DNA of 64,000 nt, from the NCBI GenBank assembly GCA_950097015.1, contig CATNEN010000005.1, positions 1,364,001-1,428,000 of the forward strand. The letters are read 5' to 3'. Both the position numbers and the translations under genes were made by a program. Below, piece after piece: positions 51,301-62,493 of this stretch. Under the pieces are notes generated by a model, which saw nothing but the letters and a program-made list of their open reading frames with translations, ran no database searches and was not told where the DNA came from. Numbering within the stretch: the first letter of the stretch is position 1; each line of letters opens with the position of its first letter. The DNA is from Macrostomum hystrix. Its lineage: Eukaryota > Animalia > Platyhelminthes.

Positions 51301-54300
51301 GAGAGGAAGGAGAGGAAGGAGAGGAGGGAGAGGAGGGAGATCAGGGAGAGGAAGGAGAGGAGGGAGAGGAAGGAGAGGAAGGAGAGGAAGGAGAGGAAGG
51401 AGAGGAAGGAGATCAGGGAGATCAGGGAGATCAGGGAGATCAGGGAAAGTAAGGAGAGGAAGGAGAGGAGGGAGAAGAGAGAGAGGAGGGAGAGGAAATG
51501 AAAAAGGAACCATACCCAAGTCGAAGGAAAGTAGAGTCACATTACCATAAGGCGAGTGTTCTGTTAGAGACGTAGTGCATTTAATCCTTCATTTAGCTCG
51601 AAAACCGTTGCACTGATATAATAAATGATCCCGTAAGTCATCTCAACTAGTGATTAAACTAAGCCAAGCAGTGGCGAGAAGGGGGAATGTGGTATCGGTT
51701 GATGCGGTCCGTTTTGGTAGAATTCACACAGCTATAGGGAGATCCGGTATCAGAACAAACAGACACACGCCAGGATAATATCTGACAGGCGCTTGATGGA
51801 GGTGCGTCAATCAGATGAAGGCGGGTTATTGCTACTTGTGTCGAAAATTTCTTTTGAATAGGATCAAGTGGGAATGACAATCGCTACCGTCGTGTTGTTT
51901 TCAAAGGATATCTTATTTTTCTGGGCAATTTCCCCCCCCCCCACTCAGAAATAGAAGGCGGAGGCTTCTGTGAATCAGGCGACAAAAAATAGTTTTTTTT
52001 GCAAAAGAATGTTTTTTAAAAGTCAGGAACAGTTTTTGTCTATTTAAATAGAAGCTTTTGTGTCTGGCTTTCACTCAATGATGGCTCTAATTTAGATTTA
52101 AGCGTTCTTTTAAAAACCTGAAGCATTTTGCTCCAAAACGGAAAGTGGATAATCGCCTTGTAGGGCTGTTTTAGCTAAAGGACTTCAAATTCTTACTTAT
52201 TTTCGGCCTAAACTGAGATGCCTGATGGGGCGCCTTTCTGCTTGGTTAAGGAGTGACTGATGGGGAGTGACTGATGGAGAGTGACTGATGGGGAGTGACT
52301 GATGGGGAGTGACTGATGGGTAGTGACTGATGGAGAGTGACTGATGGGGTGTGATTGATGGGAGTGACTGATGGGTAGTGACTGATGGAGAGTGACTGAT
52401 GGGTAGTGACTGATGGAGAGTGACTGATGGGGAGTGACTGATTGGGAGTGACTGATGGAGAGTGACTGATGGGGAGTGACTGATGGGGAGTGACTGATGG
52501 GTAGTGACTGATGGGGAGTGACTGATGGGGTGTGACTGATGGGTAGTGACTGATTGGGAGTGACTGATGGGAGTGACTGATGGGAGTGACTGATGGGGAG
52601 TGGTGATGGGGAGTGACTGATGGGGAGTGACTGATGGGGAGTGACTGATGGGGAGTGACTGATGGGGAGTGACTGATGGGGAGTGACTGATGGGAGTGAC
52701 TGATGGGGAGTGACTGATGGGGAGTGACTGATGGGTAGTGACTGATGGGTAGTGACTGATGGGTAGTGACTGATGGGGAGTGACTGATGGGAGTGACTGA
52801 TGGGAGTGACTGATGGGGAGTGACTGATGGGGAGTGACTGATGGGGAGTGACTGATGGGAGTGACTGATCGGAGTGACTGATGGGGAGTGACTGATGGGG
52901 AGTGGTGATGGGGAGTGACTGATGGAGAGTGACTGATGGGGTGTGACTGATGGGAGTGACTGATGGGAGTGACTGATGGGGAGTGACTGATGGGGAGTGA
53001 CTGATAGGGAGTGACTGAAGTATAGTAAGCAGATCCTGTTTTACAAAGGAGGCCAGCAGACGGAATTGCAAGCAGGCGCTCACAAACCGCACTTTGAGTC
53101 GGCAGAGCAGAAAACAACAAAGAGAATTTGCTCCCCTAGTAGTATCAGCAACTGCAACCGAGGGTTACCAACCTGATTCTTCCATTTTCAACAGCCAGTA
53201 GGCGCTCATTGTCCCGCAGCACACTGTTGATTGTCAACAGCTCCTGATTTGCAGTCTGTTCTGGAACTCGGCCCTCAGCAGCGGCTGTGTATCGATTAGC
53301 GGCACTTGACCAACCTTTTCGTATTCTAAAACGTTATTTTTATAGACTGGCTTCGTTAAAATTGAGTGCTTTGTGTAACCAGCACCTAATAAGTTAACAA
53401 CAAGAACCTGTAGGTTCTGCTAAGAAGCTATAGAAAATTTGGCCTACTATAGTATGTACTGGGTGAGTTGCAGAGAAAGTCTACTAGAAATGGCTGATTA
53501 ATTGAAGTCTCCGCATGTGATCAATACCATTGCGCTGTTGTGGTTCTGTGTTACTGCTGTGTACACTTGTTAGACTAATAAATAGCATCAGTTGGAAGAA
53601 AGCTATCATTTTGGAAAATAGTTGCATCAGTTATATAAGTTAGATACTTCAAGACACGAATACTTGTTAGACAAGAATACTTGTTAGACAAGAAGACTTG
53701 TTACAAAAAAGACTTGTTAGAAAAAATACATGTTAGACAGGAAGGAACATCTGTTAGACAGGAAGGAACATCTGTTAGACAGGAATGAATATCTGTTAGA
53801 CAGGTAGGAACATCTGTTACACGTGTAGGAACATCTGTTAGACAGGAATGAATATTTGTTAGACAGGAAGCAACATCTGTTAGACAGGATGGAACATCTG
53901 TTAGACAGGAAGCGAAATCTGTTAGACAGGAAGCAACATCTGTTAGACAGGATGGAACATCTGTTAGACAGGAATGAATATCTGTTAGACAGGAAGCAAC
54001 ATATGTTAGACAGGTAGGAACATCTGTTAGACAGGTAGGAACATCTGTTAGACAGGAATGGAAAACCTGTTAGACAGGAATGAATATCTGTTAGACAGGT
54101 AGGAACATCTGTTAGACAGGTAGGAACATCTGTTAGACAGGAAGGAACACCTGTTAGACAAGTAGGAACATCTGTTAGACAGGTTCTCTACCTGTTAGAC
54201 AGGTAGGAACATCTGTGAGACAGGTAGGAACATCTGTTAGACAGGTAGGAACATCTGTTAGACAGGTAGGAACATCTGTTAGACAGGTTCTCTACCTGTT

Positions 54301-57109
54301 AGACAGGTAGGAACACCTGTTAGACAGGTAGGAACATCTGTTAGACAGGTAGGAACATCTGTTAGACAGGATGGAACATCTGTTAGACAGGAAGCAACAT
54401 ATATTAGACAGGTAGGAACATCTGTTAGACAGGTAGGAACATCTGTTAGACAGGAATGGAAAACCTGTTAGACAGGAATGAATATCTGTTAGACAGGTAG
54501 GAACATCTGTTAGACAGGTAGGAACATCTGTTAGACAGGAAGGAACACCTGTTAGACAAGTAGGAACATCTGTTAGACAGGTTCTCTACCTGTTAGACAG
54601 GTAGGAACATCTGTTAGACAGGTAGGAACATCTGTTAGACAGGTAGGAACATCTGTTAGACAGGTAGGAACATCTGTTAGACAGGTTCTCTACCTGTTAG
54701 ACAGGTAGGAACATCTGTTAGACAGGTAGGAACATCTGTTAGACAGGTAGGAACATCTGTTAGACAGGTAGGAACATCTGTTAGACAGGTTCTCTACCTG
54801 TTAGACAGGTAGGAACATCTGTTAGACAGGTAGGAACATCTGTTAGACAGGTAGGAACATCTGTTAGACAGGTAGGAACATCTGTTAGACAGGTAGGAAC
54901 ATCTGTTAGACAGGTAGGAACATCTGTTAGACAGGAAGGAACACCTGTTAGACAAGTAGGAACATCTGTTAGACAGGTTCTCTACCTGTTAGACATCTGT
55001 TAGACAGGTAGGAACATCTGTTAGACAGGTAGGAACATCTGTTAGACAGGTAGGAACATCTGTTAGACAGGTAGGAACATCTGTTAGACAGGTAGGAACA
55101 TCTGTTAGACAGGTTCTCTACCTGTTAGACAGGTAGGAACACCTGTTAGACAGGTAGGAACATCTGTTAGACAGGTAGGAACATCTGTTAGACAGGTAGG
55201 AACATCTGTTAGACAGGTAGGAACATCTGTTAGACAGGTAGGAACATCTGTTAGATAGGTAGGAACATCTGTTAGACAGGTAGGAACATCTGTTAGACAG
55301 GTTCTCTACCTGTTAGACAGGTAGGAACACCTGTTAGACAGGTAGGAACATCTGTTAGACAGGTAGGAACATCTGTTAGACAGGTAGGAACATCTGTTAG
55401 ACAGGTAGGAACATCTTTTAGACAGGTAGGAACATCTGTTAGACAGGTTCTCTACCTGTTAGACAGGTAGGAACATCTGTTAGACAGGTAGGAACATCTG
55501 TTAGACAGGTAGGAACATCTGTTAGACAGGTTCTCTACCTGTTAGACAGGTAGGAACATCTGTTAGACAAGAAGGAACATCCGATAGACTGTTATCGAAA
55601 AGGAACAATATGCCTATCATGCTTGAATGGAAAACTGTGTCAAGAAACTTAAGCACGCGAAAAGCCGTACCCTGTTCGCACAAGTGCGAACTTTTCGCTA
55701 AGTTGAGTGCTATTGCTAATGATATTTGCTTTTTTGCGTTAAAAGTCGAATTTCGACCGAGAAAGTGAGAGCCACCGAAAATTAGAAATCGTTTTCTTTT
55801 CACAAGCAAAAGAATAAAAAAACCGATGATGCAGACAAGATACGCTTGTTAAGCTATTCTATTAGGTGCGATTCGAATCGAAACTTAAAACCTTTGTAAA
55901 GTGCAAGTCTAACAGGTTCTATATCTGTTAGACAGGTTCTCTAACTGTTAGACAGGTTCTTGACCTGTTAGATAGGTTCTCTATCTGTTAGATAGGTTCT
56001 TGACCTGTTGGACAGGTTCTCTATCTGTCAGACAGGTTCTCTATCTGTCAGACAGGTTCTCTATCCGTCAGACAGGTTCTCTATTCTGTCAGACAGGTTC
56101 TCTATTCTGTCAGACAGGTTCTCTATCTGTCAGACAGGTTCTCTATCTGTCAGACAGGTTCTCTATCTGTCAGACAGGTTCTCTATCTGTCAGACAGGTT
56201 CTCTATCTGTCAGACAGGTTCTCTATCTGTCAGACAGGTTCTCTACCTGTTAGACAGGTTCTTGACTTGTTAGACAGGTTCTCTATCTGTCAGACAGGTT
56301 CTCTATCTGTCAGACAGGTTCTCTGTCTGTCAGACAGGTTCTCTATCTGTCAGACAGGTTCTCTACCTGTTAGACAGGTTCTCTAATTGTTAGACAGGTT
56401 CTCTAGTTGTTAGACAGGTTCTCTACCTGTTAGACAGGTTCTCTATCTGTTAGACAGGTTCTCTACCTGTTAGACAGGTTCTCTACCTGTTAGACAGGTT
56501 CTCTAGTTGTTAGACAGGTTCTCTAGTTGTTAGACAGGTTCTCTAGTTGTTAGACAGGTTCTCTAGTTGTTAGACAGGTTCTCTAGTTGTTAGACAGGTT
56601 CTCTAGTTGTTAGACAGGTTCTCTAGTTGTTAGACAGGTTCTCTAGTTGTTAGACAGGTTCTCTAGTTGTTAGACAGGTTCTCTAGTTGTTAGACAGGTT
56701 CTCTAGTTGTTAGACAGGTTCTCTAGTTGTTAGAAAGGTTCTCTAGTTGTTAGACAGGTGCCCTTTCATGCATTTATCCTCAATGCCAATTGTTGTTTTC
56801 ACATAATCATCAGAGTGTGCTAAATTGGCTACATCAATTTTTCGCAAAGCACAAAACGCGAAACACAATGTGTATTGTTAATGGACCGTTTTGCATTCAG
56901 GTTTGCTAGTTTTTTTCCAGAATGCGACGATATTTTTAAATTGAAATTTGCACAGCTACCTAGCGAATTAACTGGTCTTTTGTGTCTAAGCAAGGTTTCC
57001 TCAGAGAAAAACAATGGAATAATGATGCAGTAACGATGCGGTTGTTAAGCACTCACTTGGAACGAAGGCACAACTGTCTGTCGGATGGGCAGGGCCAATG
57101 ATTCCACAT
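39323..57109 (-). CDS. RPH3A: Rabphilin (Rab3/Rab27 effector): Rab-binding domain with 4 CxxC, linker, C2A, C2B; about 541 aa in 12 exons
   Basis: Exons 57109-57057 ([14 protein letters not shown]), 53325-53173 (IRKGWS...ENGRIR), 50631-50466 ([10 protein letters not shown]...CRIC), 50380-50240 (CKKC...WECKIC), 49724-49592 ([10 protein letters not shown]), 47073-47047, 46964-46601, 45922-45796, 45085-44925, 44842-44761, 40408-40312 and 39444-39323. Total 1626 nt, phases consistent. Both C2 domains keep the acidic Ca2+ ligands. Confidence 0.93.
39460..40160. repeat. Compound minisatellite (GTTATTGGGAGTGACAGATATAGGGGGTGACA)
   Basis: Fills the last rabphilin intron. Confidence 0.88.
40440..44690. 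repeat. 20-bp minisatellite (GAGTGACAGAATTGAATAAA), about 4.2 kb
   Basis: Fills a C2B intron of rabphilin; carries a 968-bp higher-order duplication. Confidence 0.96.
47486..47654 (-). CDS. RPH3A: Putative alternative first coding exon of rabphilin ([13 protein letters not shown]...)
   Basis: ATG at 47654; phase-1 donor AAAG|GTTACG at 47486/47485 fits the phase-1 exon at 47073; no phase-1 acceptor upstream in this frame. Confidence 0.6.
48499..48870. repeat. (TCAC)n microsatellite ending in (TTAC)n
   Basis: About 85 units in rabphilin intron 5. Confidence 0.96.
50780..51500. repeat. 36-bp purine-rich minisatellite
   Basis: ATCAGGGAGAGGAAGTAGAGGAGGGAGAGGAGGGAG units. Confidence 0.9.
52253..53018. 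repeat. 14-15-bp minisatellite (GGGGAGTGACTGAT)
   Basis: Tandem units in rabphilin intron 2. Confidence 0.92.
53690..55570. repeat. 21-bp minisatellite (CTGTTAGACAGGTAGGAACAT)
   Basis: Tandem units in rabphilin intron 1. Confidence 0.93.
55905..56760. repeat. 20-bp minisatellite (CTGTYAGACAGGTTCTCTAY)
   Basis: Tandem units in rabphilin intron 1. Confidence 0.93.
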
Positions 57110-57774
57110 CTTCCTATCTCTCTCTCTCGTGTTTTTTACGTCCGAATTGTCTGCTTCTGCAGTGGGGTCTAGAAAATTGCTTTTCCGTCTTGTCTTGTCA
57201 AGGGCCGATTCAGTCAGCGAAGTCGTTTATCAAGTCGTTTCAGGAAATTTGCTGCTACTTATTACTTATTTTTTTCCGTCGACTCGCTTGTACGAGCCGT
57301 AGTTCTATGATTTCCTCTAGTGGAAAAGCATATTGCCTTCTAGACTCAGAAGCGGTATTTGGCGATAAGAAGAAGTGCCTAGATAAGCTGGTTCGTACAC
57401 TCACCCAATAAGTTGGTCAGTAAGGAGCTCAGTAAAGATTCGGTTTTGTCACAATTGCCATACGGTGAATCTACCCTGAAATTGTACAATAGAATAATAA
57501 TTATTATTTACTAGGCTGTCGCGTGAAATATTTTCATCTGTACATCGGCATCGTCTGGTTATCAGTAGAAATACAACTAACTGGGGAAACACCACGGGGT
57601 ATTTCAAATACCCACTGCCTAATACTTCACGATGGCTTCCAAACTGGATGACCGATTTTTTTTAAAAGTCCATAATAATAATTAATTATTTATTACACCT
57701 GCCCCAATCGGGCCAGATGTGCAGCCGACAGCACAGCCGCAGCTATTGCGCGGCGCATCTGAAGGCTGAAGGTA

Positions 57775-57976
57775 TTCGTACGGCTGTTCAGTCCATGGAC
57801 TGGGGGGACGCTCCACCCACCTCCAATTATCCCAGCTGATGCTGGTACCAGCTGGGTGAACTGAAGCAAAGCAGAGTTAAGTGTCTTGCTAAAGGACACA
57901 AATTGTTCCAGTGGAGTCGGGAATCGAACCCCCGACCTTGAAGTCGTGAGTCCGGCGCTCTAACCACTCGGCTCTA
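57775..57976 (-). mobile_element. tRNA-derived SINE copy 2
   Basis: Minus strand GCCGAGTGGTTAGAGCG (box A), GGTTCGATTCCC (box B), GTGTCCTTTAGCAAGACACTTAAC...CACCCAGCTG core, CAGTCCATGGACTG palindrome. Confidence 0.8.
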
Positions 57977-57983
57977 ACCACTG

Positions 57984-58290
57984 TACCTGTTAGACACTTT
58001 CTATACCTGTTAGACACTTTCTATACCTGTTAGACACTTTCTATACCTGTTAGACACTTTCTATACCTGTTAGACACTTCCTATACCTGTTAGACACTTT
58101 CTATACCTGTTAGACACTTCCTATACCTGTTAGACACTTTCTATACCTGTTAGACACTTTCTATACCCGTAAGACAGCTTCTATACCTGTTAGACAGGTT
58201 CTCTACCAGTTAGTCAGCTTCTATACCTGTTAGACAGGTTCTCTACCAGTTAGACAGATTCTATACCAGTTACACAGGTTCTCGACCTGT
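57984..58290. repeat. 20-bp minisatellite (CTGTTAGACACTTTCTATAC)
   Basis: Lies between rabphilin and the neuropeptide gene. Confidence 0.9.
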
Positions 58291-58535
58291 TCCTGTTAGT
58301 TTCATGTTCTATTCCTGTTGGAGGCCATTAACTCAAGTATCAGCCCGAAGGACTCAATTGATGACCTTGACGATTAACTATTAATTTTTCAGTTCCACAG
58401 CTGTAGGGTATTTAGAATTCGCTGAAAAAAGCAAAGCAACAAAGCCAGGAACAATAGCCAACTATAACAATATAACAATAGTCAACTCCACTTGGCTGAG
58501 TTGAAATCAAAGGCCTAGAGTTCGCCAACTCTGAG

Positions 58536-58594
58536 CCAATCACCGATAAAATGCGTGTTCTATAATCTTAGTGACACTCGTCTCATCTTATTGG
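58536..58594. promoter_or_regulatory. Candidate promoter: opposed CCAAT (58536) and ATTGG (58590) boxes flanking TATAAT (58561)
   Basis: Motifs lie about 100-150 bp upstream of a putative non-coding exon (58688-58776) of the neuropeptide gene. Confidence 0.35.
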
Positions 58595-59097
58595 CTATAG
58601 CGGAGACCCGTTTGGGCATAGACTCAAGGACGGCTATATTGTTAGTCTCTGAGCAGATTATTCTATCCCTCTTTGCTGCTCTCACAGGTGCTGGTTCTGT
58701 ATCATTGGCTTCTGGGAAAACGAGCTAATTACATATATTTGCATCGCTGCTTCCGATTTCAAGTCGTTCAGAAAAGGTGAGTTGTGAAGAATTGAGCAGT
58801 GCCAATAGTATGCGAGTATATTATTTGACATAGATAATTATAAGTAGCTGTTGATAGTTTCATCAAGTCAGAATTACATCTCACCTAGATATTATCTCTA
58901 GTTGAGATTGGCCAGGATACTGTGTCTTTCAGAAAGCAAATTGCAAGTTAGATAATGCGGGGGAAATTTTGCAATACAAAATGAACACTTTTTTAGTGTC
59001 AGAGAACAAATTTTTCATTTAAAAGCTCGATTTTTTGCAGACAAAACTACGCGGAAAACGAAACAGACGAGAGACTTGGCCCTAACAGGTAGAAAAC

Positions 59098-59724
59098 ATG
59101 AGGACAACGATAATTTCATTGTGGCTGCTGTTAGTCACCATGCTGATTGCTTGCTGGAGCACCTCTGCTTTTGGTCAAGACGAGAAAATAGGTAAACATC
59201 AATAATAAACATGTTTGTCATTTTTTCTAAGCATTTTTAAAACAATGAGCGATTATACTTTGTCTAACATATTTGCATGAATAGGAACCGATGTTCAATA
59301 CGCTGAAGCGGTCCTGCCAAACGACTGGGATTCTGGGATCGAATCTGTAGTTCCGAGTGGATTCGGAAAGCGAGGCTACGCCAGATTCGGAAAACGCGGC
59401 TACGCCAGATTCGGAAAACGCGGCTACGCCAGATTCGGAAAACGCGGCTACGCCAGATTCGGAAAACGCGGCTACGCCAGATTCGGAAAGCGAGGCTACG
59501 CCAGATTCGGAAAACGCGGCTACGCCAGATTCGGAAAGCGAGGCTACGCCAGATTCGGAAAGCGAGGCTACGCCAGATTCGGAAAACGCGGCTACGCCAG
59601 ATTCGGAAAGCGAGGCTACGCCAGATTCGGAAAACGCGGCTACGCCAGATTCGGAAAACGTGATTCGGAAATGCCTGCCAACGAAGAGGCGCTGATGATT
59701 GACATTCCAAGTTACATTGTTTAA
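59098..59724 (+). CDS. FMRFamide-like neuropeptide precursor, 12 x GYARFamide (177 aa, 2 coding exons)
   Basis: Exon 59098-59191 encodes signal peptide MRTTIISLWLLLVTMLIACWSTSAFG; GT-AG intron 59192-59284; exon 59285-59724 encodes ...SGFGKR(GYARFGKR)x12 DSEMP...SYIV*. Confidence 0.95.
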
Positions 59725-60029
59725 GACTCTTAAAGGCAGTGGACTATGAATGGCTTTTCCTATACGCATAATGGTCAGTTTAGTATCAAGCAAATCAGTC
59801 GCTAATTAAAATAAAAAAACGAACGGGCTGCACGCCTTTGACAATGGCCTGCTATGAGCTGTCGCAACATGCCAGTAAGGGCTCTCTTGTTGTATTTCTT
59901 AGAAATTTCTGAGCATCTTGATGTTTTGATTGAATGTATGAGCATGCATGATTAATGATAACCTTACATGAGGATCTGAATGTAAGTTTAGGATATTCCG
60001 ATCTGGGGATCTAAACTTGATTAGAAGGA

Positions 60030-62165
60030 TAATCCTATCTAGGCAATTACAAGTAGATTTGAGAAGGCGATAATCCTATCTGGAAATCTGAATTTGAGTA
60101 GGGGATAATCCTATCTGAGGATCTAGATTTGAGAAGGCGATAATCCTATCTGGGGATCTAGATTTGAGAAGGCGATAATCCTATCTGAGGATCTAGATTT
60201 GAGTAGGGGATAATCCTATCTGGTGATCTAGATTTGAGAAGAGAATAATCCTATCTGGGGATCTAGATTTGAGCAGGGGATAGTCCTATCTGGAAATCTG
60301 AATTTGAGTAGGGGATAATCCTATCTGAGGATCTAGATTTGAGAAGGCGATAATCCTATCTGGGGATCTAGATTTGAGAAGGCGATAATCCTATCTGAGG
60401 ATCTAGATTTGAGTAGGGGATAATCCTATCTGGTGATCTAGATTTGAGAAGAGAATAATCCTATCTGGGGATCTAGATTTGAGCAGGGGATAGTCCTATC
60501 TGGGGATCTGGATTTGAGAATGGGATAATCCTATCTGAGGATCTAGATTTGAGTAGAGGATAATCCTATCTGGGGATCTGGATTTGAGAAGGCGATAATC
60601 CTATCTGGGGATCTAGATTTGAGTAGAGGATAATCCTATCTGGGGATCTAGATTTGAGAAGGCGATAATCCTATCTGGGGATCTAGATTTGAGCAGGAGA
60701 TAATCCTATCTGAGGATCTAGATTTGAGTAGGGGATAATCCAATCTGGGGATCTAGATTTGAGCAGGGGATAACCCTATCTGGGGATCAAGATTTGAGAA
60801 GGCGATAATCCTATCTGGGGATCTAGATTTGAGTAGGGGATAATCCTATCTGGGGATCTAGATTTGAGAAGAGAATAATCCTATCTGGGGATCTAGATTT
60901 GAGTAGGGGATAATCCTATCTGGGGATCTGGATTTGAGCACGGGATAACCCTATTTGAGGATCTAGATTTGAGTAGGGGATAATCCTATCTGGGGATCTA
61001 GATTTGAGTAGGGGATAATCCTATCTAGGGATCTAGATTTGAGAAGAGAATAATCCTATCTGGGGATCTAGATTTGAGCAGGGGATAGTCCTATCTGGGG
61101 ATCTGGATTTGAGTAGGGGATAACCCTATTTGAGGATCTAGATTTGAGAATGGGATAATCCTATCTGAGGATCTAGATTTGAGTAGGGGATAATCCTATC
61201 TGGGGATCTAGAATTGAGCAGGGGATAACCCTATCTGGGGATCTAGATTTGAGTAGGGGATAATCCTATCTGGGGATCTAGATTTGAGAAGGTGATAATC
61301 CTATCTGGGGATCTAGATTTGAGCAGGGGATAATCCTATCTGGGGATCTAGATTTGAGCAGAGGATAGTCCTATCTGGGGATCTAGATTTGAGAATGGGA
61401 TAATCCTATCTGGGAATCAAGATTTGAGTAGGGGATAATCCAATCTGGGGATCTAGATTTGAGCAGGGGATAACCCTATCTGGGGATCAAGATTTGAGAA
61501 GGCGATAATCCTATCTGGGGATCTAGATTTGAGTAGGGGATAATCCTATCTGGGGATCTAGATTTGAGAAGAGAATAATCCTATCTGGGGATCTAGATTT
61601 GAGTAGGGGATAATCCTATCTGGGGATCTGGATTTGAGCACGGGATAACCCTATTTGAGGATCTAGATTTGAGTAGGGGATAATCCTATCTGGGGATCTA
61701 GATTTGAGTAGGGGATAATCCTATCTAGGGATCTAGATTTGAGAAGAGAATAATCCTATCTGGGGATCTAGATTTGAGCAGGGGATAGTCCTATCTGGGG
61801 ATCTGGATTTGAGTAGGGGATAACCCTATTTGAGGATCTAGATTTGAGAATGGGATAATCCTATCTGAGGATCTAGATTTGAGTAGGGGATAATCCTATC
61901 TGGGGATCTAGAATTGAGCAGGGGATAACCCTATCTGGGGATCTAGATTTGAGTAGGGGATAATCCTATCTGGGGATCTAGATTTGAGAAGGTGATAATC
62001 CTATCTGGGGATCTAGATTTGAGCAGGGGATAATCCTATCTGGGGATCTAGATTTGAGCAGAGGATAGTCCTATCTGGGGATCTAGATTTGAGAATGGGA
62101 TAATCCTATCTGGGAATCAAGATTTGAGCAGGGTATAATCCTATTTGGGGATCAAGATTTGAGAA
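60030..62165. repeat. 35-bp minisatellite (GATCTAGATTTGAGTAGGGGATAATCCTATCTGGG)
   Basis: About 60 units with a 700-bp higher-order duplication. Confidence 0.94.
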
Positions 62166-62493
62166 GGGGTTGTCTGCACTATTACACTATTGAAACAGTG
62201 AAAAAGTCAGCTATATTTTTCGCTGTCGGTAGCGCATTAAAGACACGGGGAAAAGTTGTCATATTGACGCTAACATGCACCTGCTGCCTCTCACAATTCA
62301 ATCGATAAAATGGGGGAATACTTTTTCAGGGTACGGAATTTCTTTTCCATCTATGAGCTATCACTACTCAAGGAATTATCATTTATCCTATCACTTAAGC
62401 AAGAAAATGATAGATACCTTATACAAACTATAAACCTTCTATAATAGCAATAATTACAGTAAGTAATAACTAAACGAGTATAAATAATATAAT

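Noticed and set aside
57900-57976. Functional tRNA genes at the three box A/box B sites
   Set aside because: No clean cloverleaf or acceptor stem, and each continues into a shared non-tRNA body, so they are SINE heads.
59227-59793. ORFs DSENAATP, SESGVAAF and RVFRIWRS over the 24-bp array
   Set aside because: Alternative frames of the neuropeptide repeat. Only the GYARFGKR frame links to a signal peptide and shows purely synonymous variation.
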